Shown here: in pieces, positions 29,801-38,396 of the stretch
Layout: every line of letters begins with the position of its first letter
Numbering within the stretch: position 1 is the stretch's first letter
Assembly (NCBI GenBank): GCA_036337375.1
Contig: JAYZEI010000204.1
Span: 1 to 56,219 of the forward strand
Length of the DNA: 56,219 nt
Source of the DNA: Planctomycetota bacterium
Lineage (GTDB): Bacteria > Planctomycetota > Planctomycetia > Pirellulales > UBA7805
Direction: 5' to 3'
The notes under the pieces: model-generated
The model's database searches: none
What the model saw: only the letters and a program-made list of their open reading frames with translations
What the model was told of the DNA's origin: nothing
Translations under genes and position numbers: made by a program

Positions 29801-32300
29801 TGCTCTGAATGTCATCGACTTTTACCGAATCGTCGAGGCCGCCCAACTCTTCGGCGATGTCGCGAACCTTCTCAATCATCAGGTCGGACGCGAAATAGCC
29901 GTTGATCTCATCGACCGAGTCCATGCTATCGATCCGCGCCTTGACGCCTTTCAATATTCGCTCGGCAGACTTCATTAACGTGTCGGCGCGACGGTTACGT
30001 GCTTCGACCAGTGACAGCCGCCGGGATTCGAAGGCGTTGTAGATCTCGTCACGCTTTTCACCCAATTCGAGCACGAAATCGTCGAACTCAGCGAAACGGC
30101 CTTCCATTTCCTCGATCTGAATCATCACCTTCGTCAGATACTCTTCACATTTCTCCGGCGAATCACAGACATCGAGGTAGTTGACCACCGCCTGATTGAG
30201 CAGCTTGAGCTGTGAATGAAACTCAGCAGAGCCTTCAGCCGAAGCAAGATTTTGAGACTTCTGTTTCAGTGCCGCGCGGGTCTGGTTTAGTCGTGAGAAA
30301 ATCGTTGAAATGTTGTCGATGATCGAGGTCCGTTGTGTGGCATCCTCGATCTTGAGGTTGCTGACGATCTCAATCAGCATCTCCAACTCGCCGGACGCAG
30401 CGGAGACATTCTCCAAAACGAGTTTTGCATCAGCTACCTTGGTCAGACCGTCGATTTTTCTGTGTTCGGCTTCGACCCGCTGTTCGTACGGGAGGAGTGA
30501 TTCCGGATGGATAAGGAAGTCGACGCAGCGTTGGGCCAAGCTATCCGAGTGATCTTCAACCTGCTTTTCCATCGAGTCAATGGCGTCGGCCGCGGCAAAT
30601 TTCAATTCTCGCAGCGAGATAATTTCACCGCGGAGACGTCGAAGTTCGGCGAGCGATTCGACAAACGCACTGATGTCGCCGAAATCGCGAGTTTTAATGG
30701 CGTTGACCGCGGCAGCTGTTTCGTTGGTGACCTGCGCGACTTGTTGCTCGGTATTGCGGCGAACGCGGACGACTTTTTCAAACTCGTTGATCGCCTTCGA
30801 AGCGGTGTCGCGTACATCGACGAGTATTTCTTTGAGGTTGTACGAGACCTCATCGTCAATCCAAAAATACGAATCGACGATGTCCGTGGATCGTTTGCTC
30901 AGGTCGAGGTACAGATTGGCGTACGTATCCTCTTTGGCGATCAGATTCAACACCTCATGGCATTCGGCCATCGCGCGGACGAGGTCGCGGTTGCCGATTT
31001 TGTACAGCATTGAGTCGGTCTTGGCCGTGGAAGCCTGCTCGGTCGTCAAAAAAGGCGTCTGCCAAACCTGCACGGCGTGATGTTTTTCCGGTTCGTCGTG
31101 ATGGCGAAACGAGATCATCACACCGTCTTCGAACGTCGCAAAGCCGTTACAGACCATCGGTGTGGCGACTTCCTGCGAAATCAGGTTATAGGCCAACAGC
31201 ACGTACGTGCCCGACATACGGTTGAAAAAGACGAACAGAAAATCTTCGCCGTTGCTGGCGCGAAGGCGGTTGGTGAAAACTAGATTTTCCGCCGACAAAT
31301 CGAACGTCTTATACTGACCGCTTTGCAGGTAGTAGCCCTTGGGAAAGATCAGCCCGTGGTCGTCGGGCAGCAGCACGCAGGCATCGGCGATGGCGTCCAT
31401 CCGCCGCGCTTGCTTAATCTTTTCGTTGTAGACAATGTAGCGAAAGTCCTGCTCTTGATACGGCCGAATCTTCAGCGCAATGATGTTACCAATGACGGCG
31501 TAGTAAATCTCGCCATCGTCGAGCGTCTGGTCCACATCGTTGACCGGTTCGGCGTAAATGCCTTCACCACTGTCAGTGTTATTTTCGATTTTGATTGTCA
31601 GATCGCCGCCGACCGTTTCAACAAACAGGCGATCCTCAATCGACACGTGCGGATGTGCGCCAAAGCGGTACATGTCGCGCGTCGCGCGAATCCATTCGAA
31701 TTCGTGCTGGGCCGGGAAACGAAATTCGTGATCGCTGCGGTTGTCGAGGTAGCGTATCGAATCGCCTTCGATCAGCCATTTGAAGATCTTGATATCATCC
31801 ACGCCCGGCCCCACGCGGAACACCATGAACAGGTGGGGGCCGATAACCGAAAATTTTGCAAATCGCGTGTGCTTGTAATACTTGTAGAGGTTGCGAAAGT
31901 CCTCCTCAAACGGACCGCCTCGCAACACGTCGAGCGGCTCTGGATGAAACTCGTCGCCGTCAAAATGATAAACGGCGAAAACGTCTTTGAGCACGGTTTC
32001 CGCGCGAAGACCGACATGCACGTTGAACCCAAAGAGAAACCGCCGTCCGATTTCAACCATATCGCGAGGGACGCAGTTGTTGTCGGTCGTGATCCGCTTG
32101 GTTGACAGCAGCGCGGTTTCGATCGAACCGAAGACCTCTTTGCGGTCATCGTTCAGCCTGTCGAGCCGCGCGCGGAGTTCTGCACCACTGGCGGCGAGCC
32201 GCTTGCGGATGATTTCATAGGTTTGGCCTTCCAGCCCGCCTGGCGCGGCGGTTTCGTCTGGCTGGTCGACCGTATCGTCGATGGCTTCGGCTTGTGCCAT
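26865..32300 (-). CDS. Giant (1811 aa) multidomain protein. It has a beta-rich N-terminal domain, a coiled coil of about 700 aa and an AAA+ (AAA_5/dynein-MoxR-like) ATPase core. No family could be assigned.
   Basis: Walker A LLLISPPGYGKTTLMEY, Walker B IMLYIDDIQH, and a sensor-like VVMAGNPYTESGEKFQIPDMLANRADTYNL, located at about residues 1280-1400. Heptad-rich, charged stretches run from about 480 to 1200. The N-terminal 450 aa are beta-rich and aromatic-rich. Confidence 0.6.
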   Translation of the reverse strand: MAQAEAIDDTVDQPDETAAPGGLEGQTYEIIRKRLAASGAELRARLDRLNDDRKEVFGSIETALLSTKRITTDNNCVPRDMVEIGRRFLFGFNVHVGLRAETVLKDVFAVYHFDGDEFHPEPLDVLRGGPFEEDFRNLYKYYKHTRFAKFSVIGPHLFMVFRVGPGVDDIKIFKWLIEGDSIRYLDNRSDHEFRFPAQHEFEWIRATRDMYRFGAHPHVSIEDRLFVETVGGDLTIKIENNTDSGEGIYAEPVNDVDQTLDDGEIYYAVIGNIIALKIRPYQEQDFRYIVYNEKIKQARRMDAIADACVLLPDDHGLIFPKGYYLQSGQYKTFDLSAENLVFTNRLRASNGEDFLFVFFNRMSGTYVLLAYNLISQEVATPMVCNGFATFEDGVMISFRHHDEPEKHHAVQVWQTPFLTTEQASTAKTDSMLYKIGNRDLVRAMAECHEVLNLIAKEDTYANLYLDLSKRSTDIVDSYFWIDDEVSYNLKEILVDVRDTASKAINEFEKVVRVRRNTEQQVAQVTNETAAAVNAIKTRDFGDISAFVESLAELRRLRGEIISLRELKFAAADAIDSMEKQVEDHSDSLAQRCVDFLIHPESLLPYEQRVEAEHRKIDGLTKVADAKLVLENVSAASGELEMLIEIVSNLKIEDATQRTSIIDNISTIFSRLNQTRAALKQKSQNLASAEGSAEFHSQLKLLNQAVVNYLDVCDSPEKCEEYLTKVMIQIEEMEGRFAEFDDFVLELGEKRDEIYNAFESRRLSLVEARNRRADTLMKSAERILKGVKARIDSMDSVDEINGYFASDLMIEKVRDIAEELGGLDDSVKVDDIQSRLKTIREDAVRQLKDRQELFVDGQNIIQLGRHKFSVNVQSLDLTTVMHDGELCYHLTGTNFFEPITDERLLATRNVWDQEVVSENKTVYRAEYLACLMLQSLGQTDEMPSLADIAVCDDEQLAGHVQKFMVPRYSEGYIKGVHDHDASIYLRALVDLKSSIGLLSYSSSSRALAGIFWRAWADKIRKPLLTARLEGFGKISKLFADTKTQADCIAELQTRIKQFCNERPGFDETLADEAGEFDFQQLASCEPPVISREASEIYRAFYDHLELKAYRHELEASLEAVSKDAVSSFLLARDWIAAFLDEHDEPQWNEYRDEVALLLLEKEFDESRVIHTPVTRDLKGLLGTHGVIRDGNQRLNFNEFMTRVTRFAESVVPKYNDYTHLKRELVDETREELRLDEFRPRVLTSFVRNKLIDKVYLPLAGDNFAKQLGAAGDEKRTDRMGLLLLISPPGYGKTTLMEYMANRLGIIFMKINGPAIGHQVTSLDPQEAPNAAAREEVEKLNLALEMGDNIMLYIDDIQHCNPEFLQKFISLCDATRKIEGVYKGKTRTHDLRGRKVCVVMAGNPYTESGEKFQIPDMLANRADTYNLGEIIGDSRDVFEMSYLENSLTSNSTLSQLAARSSNDIYSVIKIAEAAEDEPIELDGNYSMDEVTEMVATMRKLMRVRDVVLAVNREYIRSAGMQDDYRTEPAFKLQGSYRNMNRISEKISPIMNDDELQTLIVSAYEQDSQTLTTGAEANLLKFKELTGMLSEEENNRWEQIKRTFSRNLKFRGLDEGDKFGQVIAQMDVFSDGLDSIRNALTSGVQQLTSNDGEVEHMGQLLDHLADFKSSLAAIRETMTQGMDQMGKIVGQSSMRPAELNATFSADALKALTEAVESVKASVPAVGQPPATPPSAAGQPGDAPSLPHEIKVVNKVPRVILGVVREQFNLMQGWLAPLVQASQDQREDMQYLRDRLNGALDQYRELIEKLEKDEE

Positions 32301-32449
32301 AGGGTTGTACTACTAATTAAATCGTCCACCGCGCCAACTCGCCGGCTTCGTCCTTCGGCCACGGGTCGTCAGCGGCGGTTGGTTTGGGAGTTCAATCTCG
32401 GGAAACCGTACCGCAAAAAGACAAAAATCCGCATACACTCGGTAGCTTA

Positions 32450-34537
32450 TCATTTCGCCTTGTCTGGTTTACCGATCCGCAATGTGCTCGCCTTGCGATC
32501 GGCCAGACCGGTTTTTTCGGCCATGTCCAGCAATACCTCCAACTCGCTCCGTACGTCGGCCGAATCGGACATGCTGATCATCTTGCCAATCAATGCAGCG
32601 ATGGAAATATTCTTCACGTCTGCAGTGTCCAGGTTGAACATGTCGAAGAATTCGTCCAGCTTCTTTTTGAAGTATTCCGGATCGCCATTGAAGAACGTCT
32701 GTTTGATGTCGTGCAGCACATGGCTGTTGCCGATGTAACGGTCGACAACCTTACCGCCGGTGACCGAGTTCACGATGCGGTCGAAGAATTCCGTATCGCC
32801 GCCGACGATGTCGATTCGTGCGGTCTCCAGGGCCTGGCCGACCACCTTGGCTTGCTCTTCGGCAATGTCCCTCTGGATGCTGATCGCGGCCAGCTCGACG
32901 TCTTTATCCTTATTCAGGCTCAATTTGAATTCTTCGTGCTCCTTGCCGGCCTGATGGAATAACTTCATGGATTTCGCCTTTTCGGTGATGCCATCGGCCT
33001 CGGACTGGAATTTCTCTTTCATCACCGTGGCTTCGGCCAAGCCTTCTTTCTCCAACGATACTGCCTTGGCTTCTTGCACGTTGGCTTCGGCGAATCCTTG
33101 TTTCTCGGAGGCATCTGCCTTGGCCACAATCACGCGGGCATCACCCAAGCCGGGGGCCGCGGTCTCGGCGGTCGTGGCTTCGGCCAACATCTTCTTGGCG
33201 TGGGTCTCTTTTTCGGCCGCTTCGCGATCGGCTTCGGCTTCGATGACAACCTTTTGCGCGATTAGCTCGGCGGATGTCTTTTCGGCTTCGGCCGCTTTGA
33301 CTTGCTTGACCAAGGCCTGTTGGGCTTCTTCCTCAGCCTTGGTGACTTGCACTCGCTTCGACCGGTCGGCGCCGGCGAATTGCTCTGTGTCGATGATCTT
33401 TTGCTCCTCTTCAACCACCTTGCGCTCGACCATCACCCGCTCGCGGATGACGTCTTGCAGGTGTTTGTTTTCTGTCTCAACCACCTTGTCCTTTTCAATT
33501 TCGGCAACAGATACCGTACGCCGCCGTTCGGTGTTTTCCAACTCGCGGTCTTTTTCAACGCGCTCGGTTTCGACCTTCAGAGTCCGTTGTTTGCTCAGGT
33601 CGGCGACGATAATCTGGCGGTCCTTGTTCTCTTCCGCAACCTGGACGGACTCGTCGGTCGATATCCGTGCCTGTTCGGCTTTATTGCGCTGCTCTTGACG
33701 AATTTTTTCCGCCTCGGCCTGCTCGCGGGCAGTGACTGCAGCAATCTCGCGTTGTTGCTTTTGTTCCGCTTCGACACGTTGTCGTTCGAGTTCGTACAGC
33801 GTTTCGTCCCGCTCGACGTTTTGCCGCTTAATCTGCTTTGCTTCCTCAACGTCGAAGTGATTCCGTTTGATGTTTTCGCCGGTCGTCAGCTCGGTGATCT
33901 TCTTGATGCCTTCGGCATCGAGGATGTTGGTCGGATTGAGCATGTCCTTGGGCGTCTGTTCCAGATAGTCGATATGGGCATTTTCGAGCTTGTATCCGTT
34001 TAAATCCTCGCCGATTTGCTTGAGAATCTCATCGCGGAATTTCTCGCGTTCGACATAAAGCTCAACAAAGTCAAACTGCTTGCCGACCGTTTTCAGGGCT
34101 TCAGAAAATTTGGGGTCGAACAACTCCAGGAGCGCACTTTCCTGCGAAGCCCGGTCGCATCCCAGTTGCAGAGCGACTTTGAGCACGTCGTCCGTCTCTT
34201 TGTTGACACGGACGAAGAAGGCCACTTTAATGTCTGCCCGCATATTGTCCTTGCAGATCAGGCCTTCCGCGCCGTGGCGAAAGATCTCAATCCGCTTGAC
34301 CGATATGTCCATGTCTTCCAACCGGTGAATGATTGGAAAAGACAGCATGCCGCCGAAGCTGACTCTCGTGCCGCCTACGCCCGTGCGGACGAACGCTTCG
34401 CCCTGGTGGACCTTGCGATAGAACCGCAGGCCGACGATAAGCAGCCCAAATACGAATATCGCCAGCAGAATAAGGACGACATAAAAGATGCTGGTTTCTG
34501 ATGCTGCGAAGAGGGCGAACATGGTTGTTACTCCCAA
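32450..34537 (-). CDS. Flotillin-like SPFH/band-7 domain protein (YqiK/FloA family) with a long Glu/Ala-rich coiled coil
   Basis: N-terminal TM helix, an SPFH domain (about residues 40-230) and a very long EA-repeat coiled coil (…EAEQKQQREIAAVTAREQAEAEKIRQEQRNKAEQ…). Length 695 aa. The start may instead be at M6, which would remove the overlap with the upstream gene. Confidence 0.8.
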   Translation of the reverse strand: MGVTTMFALFAASETSIFYVVLILLAIFVFGLLIVGLRFYRKVHQGEAFVRTGVGGTRVSFGGMLSFPIIHRLEDMDISVKRIEIFRHGAEGLICKDNMRADIKVAFFVRVNKETDDVLKVALQLGCDRASQESALLELFDPKFSEALKTVGKQFDFVELYVEREKFRDEILKQIGEDLNGYKLENAHIDYLEQTPKDMLNPTNILDAEGIKKITELTTGENIKRNHFDVEEAKQIKRQNVERDETLYELERQRVEAEQKQQREIAAVTAREQAEAEKIRQEQRNKAEQARISTDESVQVAEENKDRQIIVADLSKQRTLKVETERVEKDRELENTERRRTVSVAEIEKDKVVETENKHLQDVIRERVMVERKVVEEEQKIIDTEQFAGADRSKRVQVTKAEEEAQQALVKQVKAAEAEKTSAELIAQKVVIEAEADREAAEKETHAKKMLAEATTAETAAPGLGDARVIVAKADASEKQGFAEANVQEAKAVSLEKEGLAEATVMKEKFQSEADGITEKAKSMKLFHQAGKEHEEFKLSLNKDKDVELAAISIQRDIAEEQAKVVGQALETARIDIVGGDTEFFDRIVNSVTGGKVVDRYIGNSHVLHDIKQTFFNGDPEYFKKKLDEFFDMFNLDTADVKNISIAALIGKMISMSDSADVRSELEVLLDMAEKTGLADRKASTLRIGKPDKAK

Positions 34538-35163
34538 TCATGTTTGGTGACGAGATGAAATCCTCCGGAGAGGGCTTTAACTATTAGGGCGGCGTCTCCC
34601 TGCTTGAGGACTTCGCCGTTTTCAGTGCGAGCATTGACGATGGTCGGTGCCGAATCGGTTGCGACCTCGCAGCGCCCGAATTCTTCGGTAACTTCAAGGC
34701 TTTTGACGACGCAGACTTTTCCCACGAGTGTCGATGTTGGCGGGCGGTGCCGCTTGTAATATTTGACCGGTTCCAGAAGGAACTTTGTAATCGTCAGTGC
34801 AGCAACAAAATTCGGTACCGCCAGCGCCGCGGCAAACCAGGCGTTTCTGTCTGGATTGAACCAATCGTTAACCTGAATGGAAGTGACCCACATCAATAGC
34901 GATACGATGCTGACGTAAAACATGATCGGAACTTCACCCATGTTGAGGAAACCGAGCATGGAAAAACCGCCGGCTCCGCTGATGTCGCCGATGTCGGCGT
35001 CCAGGTCACCATCAATGCCCACATCGGCATCCAGATCAAAATCGAACACGTCGATATTCATCAGTCCGACGATCACCAACATCCAGTACATAACCACCAG
35101 AATCAAAAGTAGCGTGTAGGGCGCATTGACCGCCGAAAACGCCGTTTCATACAACTCGATCAT
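34528..35163 (-). CDS. NfeD/YqiJ-like membrane protein (flotillin-associated; TM helices plus a C-terminal OB-fold-like domain)
   Basis: Several TM helices, an acidic DxD-repeat loop (DFDLDADVGIDGDLDADIGDISGAG) and a C-terminal beta-rich soluble domain. Overlaps the flotillin start by 10 nt. Confidence 0.65.
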   Translation of the reverse strand: MIELYETAFSAVNAPYTLLLILVVMYWMLVIVGLMNIDVFDFDLDADVGIDGDLDADIGDISGAGGFSMLGFLNMGEVPIMFYVSIVSLLMWVTSIQVNDWFNPDRNAWFAAALAVPNFVAALTITKFLLEPVKYYKRHRPPTSTLVGKVCVVKSLEVTEEFGRCEVATDSAPTIVNARTENGEVLKQGDAALIVKALSGGFHLVTKHDWE

Positions 35164-35548
35164 GACACCGTCTTTCTGCGGGCAGAGACCATCGTCTGCC
35201 TACATTTCGAAAATATAGGATATTTTCACCGGTCGCCCAGATAGGGTGGTCAACCGTTTCCCCTGCCGGACAGCGGCCGATGCTGTTCACGACGCCCGCT
35301 GTAAAAATCAGACGCGGATGCGACTCTTCGGCCGACTCTGTCGAAAGCAGCAGTTTGGCCAGTTCCAGGGGTTATACGGTCCTGAAACTCGCCAAAAGGC
35401 GACATCTTCAGGGAACGAGTCATCGGAGATGCCTCGATCGCTCTCACGGCGCCGGTAAGCCGCGCTGTGTTTAGGTATTCGCCGTCGGGTCAGAAATATT
35501 TCCGAAAAAGTGCTAAAATCGGCTTCAAACGCTGACCGTTTTTTCATC

Positions 35549-36232
35549 ATGAACAAATCGCAAATCGACAACATCCTGCTTAAAACGCTCGAAGACTGCC
35601 GCCTTTCTCGCGGCGAAAAGCGTTTGGTGCGCGATATCCTGAGCGAAATCGGTGCCACCGAACACAACCTGGCATTCGTCCGCCATCGCGTTTTCGAAAT
35701 TGCCCGGGGCCAATTCTCCGACGAGGAAAGCCGGGCGGTTATCACTTGGTTGGAAGATGTGGCCAAACTACTGTTGCTCCGCTCGCAGCAAGATCGGCCC
35801 TCGTCCGAAGTGGCTTTCAGCCCGGACGACGACTGTGCGCGGAAGATTGCCAGCAAATTAAAGAACACCGTGGACGAAGTCGACATTTGTGTTTTTACGA
35901 TTACCGACAATCGCATCTCCGAGGCGATTCTCGACATTCATCGCCGCGGCACAAAGGTGCGAATCATCACCGACAACGACAAGTCGGCGGACTTGGGCAG
36001 CGATATCGGCCTGCTGCGCCGGCATGGAGTACCGGTCCGCCAAGATCGCTCCGAATACCACATGCACCACAAATTTGCGGTGTTTGATCGTCAAAGCGTG
36101 CTGACGGGCAGCTACAATTGGACGCGCAGCGCGGCCACCAGAAACGAGGAGAACTTCGTTATAACAGACGACCCGGGATTGGTACGCCGATTCTCCCAGC
36201 AGTTCGAGAAGTTATGGGAGGAACTCGGTTAG
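35549..36232 (+). CDS. Phospholipase D-family single-HKD protein (Nuc-like nuclease/phosphodiesterase) with an N-terminal domain of unknown function
   Basis: HxKxxxxD motif HMHHKFAVFD followed by GSYNWT (GSxN). There is only one HKD copy, so the protein is probably active as a dimer like Nuc. About 100 aa precede the PLD domain. Confidence 0.75.
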   Translation: MNKSQIDNILLKTLEDCRLSRGEKRLVRDILSEIGATEHNLAFVRHRVFEIARGQFSDEESRAVITWLEDVAKLLLLRSQQDRPSSEVAFSPDDDCARKIASKLKNTVDEVDICVFTITDNRISEAILDIHRRGTKVRIITDNDKSADLGSDIGLLRRHGVPVRQDRSEYHMHHKFAVFDRQSVLTGSYNWTRSAATRNEENFVITDDPGLVRRFSQQFEKLWEELG

Positions 36233-36282
36233 GCCCCCAGAGCCCCGGCGCGGCGCGGAAAATAGAACGCCCGCCGCCTAAT

Positions 36283-38277
36283 TCACGGCCCAAAGATTCT
36301 CAGAATATCCGCTTCGGGCTTCAGCCAGCACAAAATGTAATAGCCGGCCGCCAGGCCCAATGCGGCAAACAACACGTGGCCGCAAATCAGTATCGTGCGC
36401 TGAATGCGACGTTGTTTTTGCGCATTGGCCGTCCGTTCGGTGGCGGTCGTCGCCGCCTCTGCGGTGGATTTTATTTCACCTGCCTGCGGCGTTGTCGTTG
36501 AGGCGGCCGCGGTTGCGGCCAGCGTTGGGTTTTCCGCAGTTCCAGAGGCGGTCGCGGCAACGCCGGACTGCGGCTGCGCGGAATCCGGCGAGGCGAGCGT
36601 CGCCGGCTGAGAACTTGGCAGCGGCGGGTCTGGCGACACGGGAGAACTCGCCGCGGAGTTAGCCGCCGGTGTTGGAGTTGAGGGCGAGCTCGTTGCCCCA
36701 CCGGACAACTGCAGTATCTCGGCCAGCACCGTCTCGGTAGTCGGCCCGACGACCTCGCTGCCAATAATCTGGCGCCAGCGCTGCAATTGCGCCGAAGTCA
36801 ATCCATGCTCGCGTTCTAACTCGATACGAACCGTGCGGCCGCTGCCGCTCAATTCGGCCTCGACGTTCAGCCTCCCGTTCGTTCCGTAGGAAAACGTCAC
36901 ATCGATGGGATAGCCTTGGGGAAGGTCCGGCGGCAGGTTGCGGAGGATCGAGCGGCCGATCTGCGAGCACAGCGACGGCTGCGTACTTTCACCCTCAAGC
37001 ACTTGCACCACAATCGACTTTTGTCCCGGCTTTTGCGTGACGAATTGCCTCTTCACTTTCGCGGGCAGTGCCGTATTCTTGGGAATCACAAACATGTTTT
37101 CTCGCTGCAGCGTCCCCTCCGCAATTCCCTGCAGTCCCAAACTGTGTGCGTTCACGTCGGTCACGTTGAATTGCGAGGCGGGCGCGGCGCCCTGCTTGGA
37201 AAGCTGAAAGCCGGCGAACAGCGCCGCGCCGCGCGCGACCGCTTCGTCGGGATTAATCGATCGATCCGGCACAATGCCCGAAAGTTGCTGAATCATGGCC
37301 GACACCATCGGCATGCGCGTGGAACCTCCGACCATTAAAATGCGGGGGATGTCGCGCCAAGAAAGATTCGCCGCTGCCAGCATTTGCCGCGTCGTGAATG
37401 AAGTGCGCTCGAGCAATCCCTCCGTCATTTGCTCGAATTGTTCTCGTGAGACGGGAACATCGACCACGATGCCTTCGTGCTCGACACGAATGCCTACCCG
37501 GTCCCGTTGTGTGAGTGTATGTTTCGCGTCTTCCACGGCAATCATTAATTTGCCGAGCGACATCGGATCCTGACGCAAATCGACCCCGTGACTTTTCTGA
37601 AAGACTTCCGCAGCATAGTCTGCCAGCGCTTCGTCCCAGTCGCGGCCGCCGAGTTGAACGTCGCCGTCGGTTGCCAGCGTACGAATATTTCCCGGTGCGA
37701 GGTGAATGATCGTGACGTCAAATGTGCCGCCGCCTAAGTCGTAAACCAGAACCTTCATCGTCTGCAGCGGATCGCCGGTCGGCGACAAATAACCCAGTTG
37801 CTCACCAAAAGCCAAGGCCGCAGCGGTGGGCTCGTTGACAATGTCGAGCACATCAAGCCCGGCTATTTCGCCGGCGTCCGCCGTCGCCTTGCGGCGAGGT
37901 TCATCGAAGTAGGCCGGTACGGTAATGACCGCCTTGAAGTTCGACCCAATGGACGCCTGAATGTCCTCCTTCAGCCTCCGCAAAATGCACGCCTGGACAA
38001 CCTCGGGCGGCATTTGCCGGCCATTAATTGCTCGACTGTAAAACTCGCTGCCCATGTCGCGCTTGGCACATTCGGCGACGCGATGCGGTTCCAGGCCTGC
38101 GACTTGTTTTGCAGCCTTGCCGACGACAACTTCGTTTTCGTCAAAAAACACCACGCTCGGCGTAAGTAACTGTCCTTCGGTATTGCGGACCACCGACGAC
38201 CGGCCGGACTCGTCCAGACAGGCCACGGCGGAATAGGTCGTTCCCAAGTCGATGCCAACAGCGCGGGGTTCAGTCAT
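36283..38277 (-). CDS. Hsp70-family paralog. It has a nucleotide-binding domain, the beta-sandwich substrate-binding domain, a Pro/Ser/Thr/Ala-rich linker and a C-terminal TM anchor.
   Basis: [27 protein letters not shown] and GGSTRMPMV motifs. The linker is low-complexity (PTPAANSAASSPVSPDPPLPSSQPATLASPDSAQPQSG...). The C-terminal hydrophobic helix is ILICGHVLFAALGLAAGYYILCWL. Start moved to the ATG at 38277 (MTEPRAVGIDLG). Confidence 0.8.
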   Translation of the reverse strand: MTEPRAVGIDLGTTYSAVACLDESGRSSVVRNTEGQLLTPSVVFFDENEVVVGKAAKQVAGLEPHRVAECAKRDMGSEFYSRAINGRQMPPEVVQACILRRLKEDIQASIGSNFKAVITVPAYFDEPRRKATADAGEIAGLDVLDIVNEPTAAALAFGEQLGYLSPTGDPLQTMKVLVYDLGGGTFDVTIIHLAPGNIRTLATDGDVQLGGRDWDEALADYAAEVFQKSHGVDLRQDPMSLGKLMIAVEDAKHTLTQRDRVGIRVEHEGIVVDVPVSREQFEQMTEGLLERTSFTTRQMLAAANLSWRDIPRILMVGGSTRMPMVSAMIQQLSGIVPDRSINPDEAVARGAALFAGFQLSKQGAAPASQFNVTDVNAHSLGLQGIAEGTLQRENMFVIPKNTALPAKVKRQFVTQKPGQKSIVVQVLEGESTQPSLCSQIGRSILRNLPPDLPQGYPIDVTFSYGTNGRLNVEAELSGSGRTVRIELEREHGLTSAQLQRWRQIIGSEVVGPTTETVLAEILQLSGGATSSPSTPTPAANSAASSPVSPDPPLPSSQPATLASPDSAQPQSGVAATASGTAENPTLAATAAASTTTPQAGEIKSTAEAATTATERTANAQKQRRIQRTILICGHVLFAALGLAAGYYILCWLKPEADILRIFGP

Positions 38278-38396
38278 GCGCCCAATGCTAACAGCAGCAA
38301 GACGTCGCCTCAAGCGTTCACCGGCTGGAGCACGGCAGCCCGCACCGATCCCCAATCCCCGGCCCCCAATCCCCCGGTTGCAAAGCAACCGAGCTG

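Noticed and set aside
32967-34003. Several long plus-strand ORFs (243 aa and 233 aa) inside the flotillin gene
   Set aside because: They are the antisense of the repetitive EA-rich coiled-coil region. Being open on both strands is expected for such repeats.
36360-36764. Overlapping Arg/Pro-rich ORFs on both strands at the 3' end of the anchored Hsp70 gene
   Set aside because: They correspond to the low-complexity Pro/Ser/Thr/Ala linker of the Hsp70 paralog and are not separate genes.
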